Source: an uncultured archaeon
GTDB lineage: Archaea > Asgardarchaeota > Thorarchaeia > Thorarchaeales > Thorarchaeaceae
DNA length: 32,000 nucleotides
Assembly: GCA_964354495.1 (NCBI GenBank)
Contig: CAYHAA010000005.1
Span: 120,001-152,000, forward strand
Reading direction: 5' to 3'
A program made the translations under genes and the position numbers. Within the stretch, counting starts at the first letter, position 1. The number at the start of each line of letters is the position of its first letter. Below are positions 17,051 to 25,255 of this stretch, one piece after another. The notes under the pieces are model-generated. The model saw nothing but the letters and a program-made list of their open reading frames with translations. It ran no database searches and was not told the DNA's origin.

Positions 17051-18370
17051 ATGGAAATAGCTGCTGAAACAGTCCTATTGTTGCTGTCATTGGGGATAGG
17101 TTCTCTCTTGCGATACATCCCTCACTTAATGTTTAGATATCCAGCGACTCCAGACGCGTATTTCTTCATGAACAAGTTTAAGGACCCTAATTATGAATCA
17201 GAAGAGGTCGACTACCCCAAGCTTCTCTATCAGCTGTTCCGATTATTCCTACGGGACAAGAAGGAAATTCCAGACCGTCTGATAAACAAAATGACTCCTC
17301 TCTTTGATATGCTTACAGCAATCATCCTCTATGGGATTCTTAGACCAGCCTACGGAGCAGAAACGGCACTTGTGGCAACTCTGCTATTTCTAGTGACTCC
17401 ATTCACAGTAAAGCATGGTGTCAGTCTGTCAGGGCGTCCATTTGGGCTCTTGCTCTTTACAACATCTCTGCTGTGTCTAACATTGCCATTTCCCCTCAAC
17501 TGGTTCGCTGCCCTTCCAATGGCACTGGTAATGCTCTCACATAGGTTGTCAACTCAGACACTGTTCTTTGTCTGTCTTGCTTTTGCGCTGCTTGACTGGC
17601 AAGTTGGCTTGATTCTAGTTACTGGATTCCTCATTGCAATCCTTGCTTCGAAAGGCGAATATCTGAGGATTCTGAGAAATCATGTATTAACAATCAAGAA
17701 GTACATACAAAGCGGCCACTATCCGAATCAGCGACTGATGGGACTGATTCTTACGCCTTCAGTTGCGGGTTATGCAGTCTACACTAGCATTCTCTGGCTC
17801 CAGAACTTCCTAGTGTTTCCGATGCAACTTGGCAACTTCACGATTTACAGGGTTGTTGTTGTGGACTCCCATGCCGAACTCCTCTTCTTCACTTGGAGCG
17901 CAGTGTGTCTGGTGCTGCTGCTGGCATGGATAGCTGGCGAGTCATTTAGACACCTCTATCTAGCCGCAGCGCCCTTCGCCTTCTTCTCTGCACACATACT
18001 ACAGAATGGGTCAGTATTCCAGGTCCTGATGTTTCTTCTGTTGCTCGGTTCATTCGGATTGTCACTATACTTTGTGGTCAGATACGAGCACTTGGATAGT
18101 GAGTTCGTTGCGATGCTTCGCCGTCTAGGAGAAGTACACGAGCCGGTGCGATTCGTAGTCCCTTATAAGCTGCTTAGAGCAGCGGAGTACTTCTCAGACA
18201 AGAAAGGGATAGCCATGCACTTCCCAGAACTCAGCAAGGATGATGTTTCGAAACGTCTGGTCGAGGAGAAGGTTACCTATGCAGTCATAAACTCTCAAAA
18301 CCGCGAGCATTTCCAGAGCTGGAAAGAAATCAGTCACGAGGGAAACTGGTCCCTACTGGAGCGAGAGTGA
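17051..18370 (+). CDS. Polytopic membrane protein, putative GT-C fold glycosyltransferase (GT39/ArnT-like)
   Basis: First TM followed by a loop with an acidic motif (PDAY; also VDYP), then SGRPFGLLLF and SHRLSTQ, many TM segments and a small soluble C-terminal domain. Assignment rests on architecture and context. Confidence 0.55.
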   Translation: MEIAAETVLLLLSLGIGSLLRYIPHLMFRYPATPDAYFFMNKFKDPNYESEEVDYPKLLYQLFRLFLRDKKEIPDRLINKMTPLFDMLTAIILYGILRPAYGAETALVATLLFLVTPFTVKHGVSLSGRPFGLLLFTTSLLCLTLPFPLNWFAALPMALVMLSHRLSTQTLFFVCLAFALLDWQVGLILVTGFLIAILASKGEYLRILRNHVLTIKKYIQSGHYPNQRLMGLILTPSVAGYAVYTSILWLQNFLVFPMQLGNFTIYRVVVVDSHAELLFFTWSAVCLVLLLAWIAGESFRHLYLAAAPFAFFSAHILQNGSVFQVLMFLLLLGSFGLSLYFVVRYEHLDSEFVAMLRRLGEVHEPVRFVVPYKLLRAAEYFSDKKGIAMHFPELSKDDVSKRLVEEKVTYAVINSQNREHFQSWKEISHEGNWSLLERE

Positions 18371-19137
18371 TTCGGCAGATGCGATTGGTCGATACTCACT
18401 GCCATCTAGAACAGGCGGAGTTCGACTCCGACAGAGAAGAGGTAATCAGGAGAGCTTCAGAGCAGGAAATCGTAATCATTAGCTCAGCGATATCTGTCGA
18501 CGACTATGAGAGGAATCTGGGCATCGCACAGAATCACAAGAATGTGTATGCATCACTAGGACTAGATCCCATGATGCATACTCAGGTGGAGAAGGCGGTA
18601 CAAATGATACACGTTCATAGTTCTGAAATTGTAGGCATTGGAGAAACCGGAGTTGACCACTATCGAGAGAGAGATCATGCTGAGAGAGTGAAGCAAGAAA
18701 CTGCATTTGTAAAAATGATTGGTCTCTCCAAGGAACTTGGTCTTCCAATTCAAGTCCACTCGAGGTCTGCAGGCGCCGCAGCTATATTGCTGCTGCGAAA
18801 GAATGATGCACAGGATGTACACATGCATGCATTCGACGGAAGGGCAGGTCTGGCTAGAGACACTTCAATGGATCTGGGCTACTATTTCTCGATTCCAACA
18901 TCAGTTGTGCGTTCTCCCCAAAAGAGAAAGCTCGTCAAAGCAGTTGCACTAGACCGATTGTTGCTTGAAACCGATAGCCCTGTCCTAGGTCCAAATAGAG
19001 AAATCAGGAATGAGCCCTCAAACCTCCCGATAGCCCTCAGAGAGGTCGCATTAATACTGGGAAGAAATGAAGAAGAGATGCGTGAGATCATCCTTGAAAA
19101 CACACTCCGCCTGTACACAGGAATCGGCGAGATGTGA
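18367..19137 (+). CDS. tatD: TatD family metal-dependent hydrolase/DNase
   Basis: DTHCHL, GIGETGVD, QVHSR, HMHAF and LLLETDSP motifs. GTGA overlap with the upstream gene; alternative start ATG 18379. Confidence 0.93.
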   Translation: MIRQMRLVDTHCHLEQAEFDSDREEVIRRASEQEIVIISSAISVDDYERNLGIAQNHKNVYASLGLDPMMHTQVEKAVQMIHVHSSEIVGIGETGVDHYRERDHAERVKQETAFVKMIGLSKELGLPIQVHSRSAGAAAILLLRKNDAQDVHMHAFDGRAGLARDTSMDLGYYFSIPTSVVRSPQKRKLVKAVALDRLLLETDSPVLGPNREIRNEPSNLPIALREVALILGRNEEEMREIILENTLRLYTGIGEM

Positions 19138-19338
19138 TACAATCGGCAAGCACATACAAGACCAGTTTTAGCTCGGCAATGATTCTGAGTAATGCGATTA
19201 TGCCAGAAGGAGAAAAAGGACTGGACACATTAGGGCACGGGGTAACAATATGATTAGTTTACATAGCTCAATTTTTATTGCCGCTGAAATCTCTCAGAAA
19301 TATCAATAAGCTTGCAGAAGCACGGAGGGTCCATTACA

Positions 19339-20226
19339 ATGTCGTTATCAACGATTCTCCTCATTGGCGTTTCTTCGTGCATTTGGGCATTTACAGCATT
19401 ATCACTAAAGAAACAACTTCGCTTCGCAACATTGTTATTCGATTTGCTTCCCTACTATCCACTATTGGAATTATCAGCAGCAGTCTGTTTCACGATTGGA
19501 TTGTATCTTTGGCTACCGTTACTATATGTAGCACTTCTCGCCAGCATAGGATGGATGGCGACTCTCCTATTGACGTATCTCTTCATAGAATGGCGAAAAG
19601 GATACAGTATAGATCAATATCGATTGTTCTTAAGAGCAATCATAGACGAGAGGTATGATATTCTCCTCTTCAATGACCACATAGATGGTGATTTTGAGAA
19701 GAATAAGGTAAGTGTCTTATTAAGGCATGATGTTGACATTTCGCTGCCCCGAGCCAGAAAAATGTATGAAATTGAAAAGGAGGAAGGAATCAGGTCGACC
19801 TACTTCTTTCGTATGCATGCAGAGAGGTATAGCCACGAAGAAGCGATACCACTAATTAAACAACTTCAGAATGAGGGGTTTGGCATCGGTATGCACTACG
19901 ACATGCTTTCATTCACAAAAGGGGACAGAGAGAAAGCAATCGCATTGTTTAGAGAAGACCTACTAAGACTACGAGAAACCGCGACAACGCATATCGTGTG
20001 TCCTCATGGACATAGAAAATACAAAAACCGCGAAATTTGGTCGGAACTGGATCGTGAGTCACTTCAAGTTTGGTCAGCCTATGATATGAAGTATGACATA
20101 TACATCAGCGATGCCGGCGGGAAGAGAATAATTGACTCACGGGGCCGACATATCCTTGGAAGAGTAGGCGAAACGAAGCCAGGGCAAGTCGTACAAGTGC
20201 TAATTCATCCGGATTGGTGGTTCTAG
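19339..20226 (+). CDS. Membrane-anchored polysaccharide deacetylase-like (NodB/CE4 fold) protein
   Basis: About 3 N-terminal TM helices, then LLRHDVD, RSTYFFR, GIGMHYD, CPHG and VLIHPDWW motifs. Confidence 0.72.
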   Translation: MSLSTILLIGVSSCIWAFTALSLKKQLRFATLLFDLLPYYPLLELSAAVCFTIGLYLWLPLLYVALLASIGWMATLLLTYLFIEWRKGYSIDQYRLFLRAIIDERYDILLFNDHIDGDFEKNKVSVLLRHDVDISLPRARKMYEIEKEEGIRSTYFFRMHAERYSHEEAIPLIKQLQNEGFGIGMHYDMLSFTKGDREKAIALFREDLLRLRETATTHIVCPHGHRKYKNREIWSELDRESLQVWSAYDMKYDIYISDAGGKRIIDSRGRHILGRVGETKPGQVVQVLIHPDWWF

Positions 20227-20721
20227 CAGAAGCCAAAAACGGAGATTGCTTTGCTAATCCGACGAATAACAGTATTTCGAGAAACTGTTCCAAGATGGAA
20301 AGTACCGAAGTCTTCTGACCACAAGGCTAGCTGAAGCAACAAGAAGAGCAGTCAAATCACCGACCCCGGCACAGGTATCTGAAGTTGATAGCGAGTTCCT
20401 TTCTTCTTTGGAAACTGGTTTCATCTAGGAGCGTCAGCTCATATTCGCGAAAGAGCGCATTGAGGGCGATACTGCTTAGTGCTATCTTACATCTGGCCAC
20501 AATGAACCATCAAGGCTTCTGCTAGGTTTGGCGATGAAAATGGAAAAGAGGAATAAGCCTGCGAATCTGCCCACAGGACTTGAAGAAGTTGCTGGAAGAG
20601 TGCATAGAGATGAGGAGGAGATTCATAAAACTCTATGATAGAGCATTATTTGTCTGTACTCAAGTGTTAAAATCAGGTGATATGATTCATAGAAGCGCAG
20701 CAATTCAAGACGGGTAGATCT

Positions 20722-21381
20722 GTGATGAAGTCGGGAATCGAGGAACAAGTCAGAAAGATGGTAAAGGCCACAACAAGCGAGGCAGCGATAGAAGAGTGGA
20801 AAGATGCCTCTGACAATCAGGATGCTCCTCTATACAATTATAGAGGAGATCACGTCGAGCAAGTGGTTCAACTAGCTAAACGTCTTGCCTCAGAAACAGA
20901 TGCTGATATGGAGGTGGTCATTCTTGCTGCTTGGTTTCATGATTATGCTAAGCCAGGTTTGGGGGGAGTATCCATAGGAAATCATGGAGTAGCAAGCGCA
21001 AAGTTAGCAGAAGACTGGCTCAACAAGAATGGATTTGACCCTTCGATTGTAATCAGAGTCTGTGATGCCATAAAGAAACATGTCGGCCTTACATTAGAAA
21101 AGCCTATCGAGTCAATTGAGGCGCAGATAATATGGGAGGCAGACAAAATCCACAAACTAGGATTAATCGGACTATTGCAGTATGTATTGAATGGAGTTCG
21201 GATTAAACCCGGCAACAGCCTCGGGGATTTTCACCGTGAGCTGATTGAGTTTCTCCCACTGGCCTCAAAGATTGCAGAGAGTATGTTTACGGAGAGGGGG
21301 AAGGTACTTGCCTACGCTAGACTAAGGACACTGCAGGACCTTGTGAGAATACTCGGAATGGAACTGAATTCAGGCGCATAG
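20722..21381 (+). CDS. HD domain metal-dependent phosphohydrolase
   Basis: DHVEQVV, AAWFHDYAK, HGVASA, AIKKHVG and IWEADK motifs. Confidence 0.9.
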   Translation: MMKSGIEEQVRKMVKATTSEAAIEEWKDASDNQDAPLYNYRGDHVEQVVQLAKRLASETDADMEVVILAAWFHDYAKPGLGGVSIGNHGVASAKLAEDWLNKNGFDPSIVIRVCDAIKKHVGLTLEKPIESIEAQIIWEADKIHKLGLIGLLQYVLNGVRIKPGNSLGDFHRELIEFLPLASKIAESMFTERGKVLAYARLRTLQDLVRILGMELNSGA

Positions 21382-21394
21382 GAGCCTAGATGAG

Positions 21395-22207
21395 ATGAAA
21401 GAAGAAATCAGAACAGTTGGAATCATAGCCATCGGCAACGAAGTGTTGGATGGGCTTGTTCTTGATACTAACTCTAGTTGGATGGAAACCAGACTCGTTA
21501 GATTGGGCTTGCAGATTAAGAGACTCGTGTCTGTGAGAGATGACCTGGATGACATTGGTCGAGCCTTGGCATTTGCCAGAGAGGTATGTGATGTCATTAT
21601 AACATCTGGAGGTCTCGGACCAACGCATGATGACATGACACTGAAAGCAATTGGTAAGGCTCTCAACCGCAGAATAGTTGAGAATCAAGAGGCATTAGAA
21701 ATCGTGAGGCGCCAATACCAGAGCCTATTCGAGAGAGGCATCGTGGATTCACCAGACATGACCAATTCAAGAGTCAAGATGGCACAGATACCAGAGGGTG
21801 CAGTTCTACTCGATAATAGAGTTGGAGGCGCACCAGGAATAATGATTCAAGAGGTAGAGTCGACGATTTTCTGCTTGCCTGGCGTTCCTAGTGAGTTGAA
21901 GTTCATCTTTGAGAATTCGATAGTTCCATGGATAAAGGAGAGAGTCAGATCGAGTTTCTATGAAGAAGTAGTCGAATTCGGAATGCACGATGAGTCCGTG
22001 TTTGCTCCAGCAATTGACGCAGTTATGAAGAAACATCCGGGCGTCTATGTGAAATCGATGCCGAAGACCTATGGGACCACGAAAACTCTACGAGTATGGG
22101 TTTCAGCGAGGGGAGAAGTGCTGAGTGCTGCAAAAGCCCAAGTGAGAGATGCAATAAGAAGTCTAGAAGAAACAACAGGATTATCTTCATCAGCTGTTGA
22201 TGAGTGA
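21395..22207 (+). CDS. cinA: CinA-like molybdopterin-binding-fold protein (COG1058 type, no PncC domain)
   Basis: IIAIGNEVLDG...DTNS, VRDDLDDI, ITSGGLGPTHDDMT, NRVGGAPG and LPGVPSEL motifs. Confidence 0.88.
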   Translation: MKEEIRTVGIIAIGNEVLDGLVLDTNSSWMETRLVRLGLQIKRLVSVRDDLDDIGRALAFAREVCDVIITSGGLGPTHDDMTLKAIGKALNRRIVENQEALEIVRRQYQSLFERGIVDSPDMTNSRVKMAQIPEGAVLLDNRVGGAPGIMIQEVESTIFCLPGVPSELKFIFENSIVPWIKERVRSSFYEEVVEFGMHDESVFAPAIDAVMKKHPGVYVKSMPKTYGTTKTLRVWVSARGEVLSAAKAQVRDAIRSLEETTGLSSSAVDE

Positions 22208-22272
22208 TTTCTCGACTGCCGATAGATATATTCCTGCGTTTGGATGACAATGGAAGCTAGGAAGCGACTGAT

Positions 22273-23037
22273 TTGCAGGTTGATTTCAATATTGTCTGGG
22301 AGGACATCATCGTCTTCTTCATTGCTGTGATTTATGCAGTCATCATTCTCGTAATCGCTGACGTTGGCCGGAGAAAGATGCATCTTGGATCCGACTTCAC
22401 ACGGAAGATTGTACACCTGTTCGCAGGTGCTGCAATCTGGACAGTCCCCTACTATATTCATCCGTGGGTCGCTACTCTTGTTGCCCTCACTTTCGTGGTT
22501 ATGCTCGGACTGGCAAATACTGAGAGATTTGGCCGGTTCTTTGCAGCCATGGCAAGACCAGAGGACCTGGAACATGGAAGTGTGCGAGGCCCGTTCTGGT
22601 ATGCAGTATCTATCACAGTTCTTACAGCAATATTCACATTCACCGGGTATGACGAGTTCTATTTTGTAGCCGGTGCCGCCATAATGATCATGATGTTGGG
22701 CGATGGCATGAGCGCTCCTATCGGAATGAAATACGGAATAAAACATACGAAGGTGATATTCGGTTCAAAGAGAAGCATCGAGGGTTGCCTTGGCCTCTTC
22801 GTCTTCGGATTCATCGGAGCGATGATTGCTTTCTGGTGGTTTGGAATCTACAGTGATCCTATATTTACGTCGCCTGCGGGCTATCTCAACATGCTGCTAC
22901 TTGCTTTAATTGGAGCTTTCACTGGAACCATTGTTGAGCTCTTCAGTCCCAAAGGCACGGATAATGTCACGTTGCCGATGATAACCTGCCTAGTGATGTT
23001 CTTGGCTGCAATGCAGATGGGACTGCTAGTATTCTAG
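22273..23037 (+). CDS. CTP-dependent polyprenol kinase family protein (dolichol/phytol/diacylglycerol kinase, SEC59/VTE5/DGK1-like)
   Basis: TRKIVH, LGDGMSAPIGMKYG, KRSIEG, VELFSPKGTDNVTLP motifs; multi-TM; TTG start. Confidence 0.88.
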   Translation: MQVDFNIVWEDIIVFFIAVIYAVIILVIADVGRRKMHLGSDFTRKIVHLFAGAAIWTVPYYIHPWVATLVALTFVVMLGLANTERFGRFFAAMARPEDLEHGSVRGPFWYAVSITVLTAIFTFTGYDEFYFVAGAAIMIMMLGDGMSAPIGMKYGIKHTKVIFGSKRSIEGCLGLFVFGFIGAMIAFWWFGIYSDPIFTSPAGYLNMLLLALIGAFTGTIVELFSPKGTDNVTLPMITCLVMFLAAMQMGLLVF

Positions 23038-23236
23038 AATCTGTTCAGCAAGGAGTGCTGCAGAACTGCGCAGAGCTCTTGCAGAACTACTTGATGACCG
23101 GTAACGGCTCATGCATTACCGACGCTATGCATTCGCTGTATTGAAGAGAGAACTGCATGCCAACGCTGACTCGCTTGACCTCATCTGATATGCAATTACG
23201 ATTAGCAGGCCAACCAACTCAGCATCCTCTTCTTCT

Positions 23237-23746
23237 TCAGGTCTCTGCAAAGAAGATACGCGCAGTCCCCTCGAAACGTGATAAAGCAGAATCAGTCACA
23301 TCGTTGCCGGAAGCATCGACAACATACCACGCGTTCTTCTTGAGATTCTGGGCGAACGGCCAATCATCCAACAATGCCTTTCTGACAGTGACATCCTCCT
23401 TGCCATATATGAGCACTTCAGATTTGGAGTCCTCATGGACAATGACTCGGGTATAGAGGTCATCAGGAGGCTCGCTTGGCTGCATGTCGCGGTGACATGG
23501 CGTGACCCATGATGTATCGAGGCATATCAGCGTGGGTGCAATGATCATAGTGAACACCACAAAGAGGAAGAGACCAGTGATTATCACGAGACCAGGATCA
23601 ACATCAATCACTCCATGTCGAGCCTGCTCCGTAAAATAGATAGTCAGTATGAAGATGATGGCACCGATTAGTAGCAATAGTCCGGCGCCTTTCATGAAAT
23701 AGCGGTTCTTGGGACGAATCTCTCCTAACCTCAAAATGGATTCCAC
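23237..23746 (-). CDS. Hypothetical two-TM membrane protein with a small soluble C-terminal domain
   Basis: Two hydrophobic helices followed by a ~70-aa alpha/beta domain. GTG start (alternative ATG 23695). Confidence 0.65.
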   Translation of the reverse strand: MESILRLGEIRPKNRYFMKGAGLLLLIGAIIFILTIYFTEQARHGVIDVDPGLVIITGLFLFVVFTMIIAPTLICLDTSWVTPCHRDMQPSEPPDDLYTRVIVHEDSKSEVLIYGKEDVTVRKALLDDWPFAQNLKKNAWYVVDASGNDVTDSALSRFEGTARIFFAET

Positions 23747-23805
23747 TTGAAGGGTTAAGAACCTTGTCAGGAGTCAGGATGCCAGTGCGGAGGTCTTAAG
23801 CTGTA

Positions 23806-24363
23806 TCAGACACCACGAGCGACAAGTCGATAATAGTAAGTAGCTCCTGCTGTGTCACTCGTGCGCTCAATACGTAATACCTGTCCAGGTACAGCGCCAA
23901 GAACTCGCACAGCCGGATCGTCGTGACTAATCCGAGGAAGTTGAGTCTTTGTGATCTTGTAGTGATTTAGTACAAGGTTGATTTCTTCCTCAGATGCTAT
24001 TGAATGAGGGGGGACAAGTTCGTGCTCAAACAGGTCAAAGGATGCATAGCCGCCTTCAACTAATTCAACTTTTGCAGAGCTTGCTTCCTTCTTGGCAGCA
24101 GGGGTGAAACGCAGCCCGCCCACAAGCATGCCCCGTTGAGCTTCGACTTCCTCCATTTTGCTTGCGATCTCTTTCACAAAGGCAATACCAATGACCTTTG
24201 GTTCTTTGAGAATCCAAACAACGTATCGAGATATTTTTTCGCCCTCTCCTTTTGTCGGGTACATCACATACTTGTCTTCATATTCAAAGAGCTCTGTGGT
24301 CTTGTAAGCGCGAAGATTCAGAAGGCCCCTAGTCTTGACAACATGAATAGGCAGTTCGAACAT
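23806..24363 (-). CDS. rpo5: DNA-directed RNA polymerase subunit Rpo5/RPB5, long two-domain form (185 aa)
   Basis: C-terminal domain FDLFEHELVPPH...QLPRISHDDPAVRVLGAVPGQVLRIERTSDTAG...YYRLV is diagnostic of Rpb5_C; about 105 extra N-terminal residues. Confidence 0.93.
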   Translation of the reverse strand: MFELPIHVVKTRGLLNLRAYKTTELFEYEDKYVMYPTKGEGEKISRYVVWILKEPKVIGIAFVKEIASKMEEVEAQRGMLVGGLRFTPAAKKEASSAKVELVEGGYASFDLFEHELVPPHSIASEEEINLVLNHYKITKTQLPRISHDDPAVRVLGAVPGQVLRIERTSDTAGATYYYRLVARGV

Positions 24364-24405
24364 AGAAGGATACCCCGAGGACTTTGATTGGCGCCGCTGC
24401 AGGAG

Positions 24406-24412
24406 ATATAAA
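24406..24412 (-). promoter_or_regulatory. Candidate TATA box for rpo5
   Basis: TTTATAT on the minus strand, about 43 nt upstream of the rpo5 ATG. Confidence 0.45.
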
Positions 24413-24483
24413 CATTGTCAAGTGTTCAGTTGAAAGATGAAGAATACTGTACTAATAGCTTGGTGCAATAACGAGAAGACGAA

Positions 24484-24606
24484 TCAGTCATCCTCATAGA
24501 AACGCATCGGCTTTCCGCAGCACACGAGAGTACCGACTCCAGACTTCTTCACTTCAATCACTTGTTGACAGATATCACAGACATAAATGCCGCCTTGTTT
24601 GCCCAT
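24484..24606 (-). CDS. Desulforedoxin-like small Fe(Cys)4 protein (40 aa)
   Basis: Manual translation MGKQGGIYVCDICQQVIEVKKSGVGTLVCCGKPMRFYEDD has CxxC plus vicinal CC in LVCCGKPM; GGAG lies upstream of the ATG. Below the ORF-track length cutoff. Confidence 0.92.
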   Translation of the reverse strand: MGKQGGIYVCDICQQVIEVKKSGVGTLVCCGKPMRFYEDD

Positions 24607-24787
24607 GTTTCATTTCTCCGAATATCTCAATGAAAACCATAATCTTGTCCCGTTTTTATGGATTTCTGACCTACTTGATAGCTTTATTATGCTAATTAGC
24701 ATCCCAGAAACGCCTAATAGTAGATGGGGCGAAGATACAAATACTTCGATTGTGCAGAGGCATATTGACAGGCAAGAGGCGATATCC

Positions 24788-25213
24788 GTGGCCGGACTAA
24801 CAAAAGGAATGATTGCAGATGTCCACCGGAAGAAGGAGATTCGACTTCCAGCTGACTTCTTTCAAAATGATGCCTTACAGGGTCTAAAGGCTGCGATGGT
24901 GATCTACTTCGAGAGATCTGGTGAGATTCGGCTGATTCCTATGACAAAAGAAGGTGGAGCTCGAGTACGGCTCGAAGTTGAAAAGGTCAACCCAGCTCTC
25001 ATGCAGACAATGACCCAGCTCTTCAAGCAACATGACCTCAAAGTGCTGTTCACAACAGGCTTCTGTTTTGAGGAGAACAGATGCATCTATGAGGTATACT
25101 TCGCCGCTGACGACATTAGAGCCAAAGAGCCTGATATTCGAAAGACCATCAACAGCATTCCAGGTCTCTACGAAAGCGAGTTTGAAATCCTTGAAATAGG
25201 CCAGGAATGGTAA
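24788..25213 (+). CDS. Putative regulator: AbrB-like N-terminal domain plus ACT-like domain (about 141 aa)
   Basis: EIRLPADFF...MVIYFERSGEIRLIPM resembles a swapped-hairpin domain; ARVRLEVEKVNPALMQTMTQLFKQHDLKVLFTTG...YEVYF resembles ACT. GTG start chosen because GAGG lies upstream and the longer ORF overlaps the desulforedoxin gene. Confidence 0.55.
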   Translation: MAGLTKGMIADVHRKKEIRLPADFFQNDALQGLKAAMVIYFERSGEIRLIPMTKEGGARVRLEVEKVNPALMQTMTQLFKQHDLKVLFTTGFCFEENRCIYEVYFAADDIRAKEPDIRKTINSIPGLYESEFEILEIGQEW

Positions 25214-25255
25214 TAGACACTTCGGACGTCTTGCTGTTAGACAATCGCAAAAGAC

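Noticed and set aside
20227-20721. About 500-nt gap with short reading frames (e.g. a 34-aa + strand MKMEKRNK... frame and hydrophobic minus-strand fragments)
   Set aside because: No recognisable family, RNA structure or consistent frame; cannot support a gene or pseudogene call.
22069-22746. 225-aa minus-strand ORF rich in Cys/His
   Set aside because: Antisense shadow of the polyprenol kinase and cinA genes; the composition is explained by reverse-complemented hydrophobic codons.
23060-23088. Three GCAGA(A/G)CT copies spaced 10-11 nt apart
   Set aside because: Helical phasing is suggestive, but the site lies between convergent 3' ends, is short and is not repeated elsewhere that I could see.
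24587-24787. N-terminal 67 aa of the 208-aa ORF in the track
   Set aside because: Overlaps the desulforedoxin gene and the divergent promoter region; the GTG at 24788 has an RBS-like sequence.
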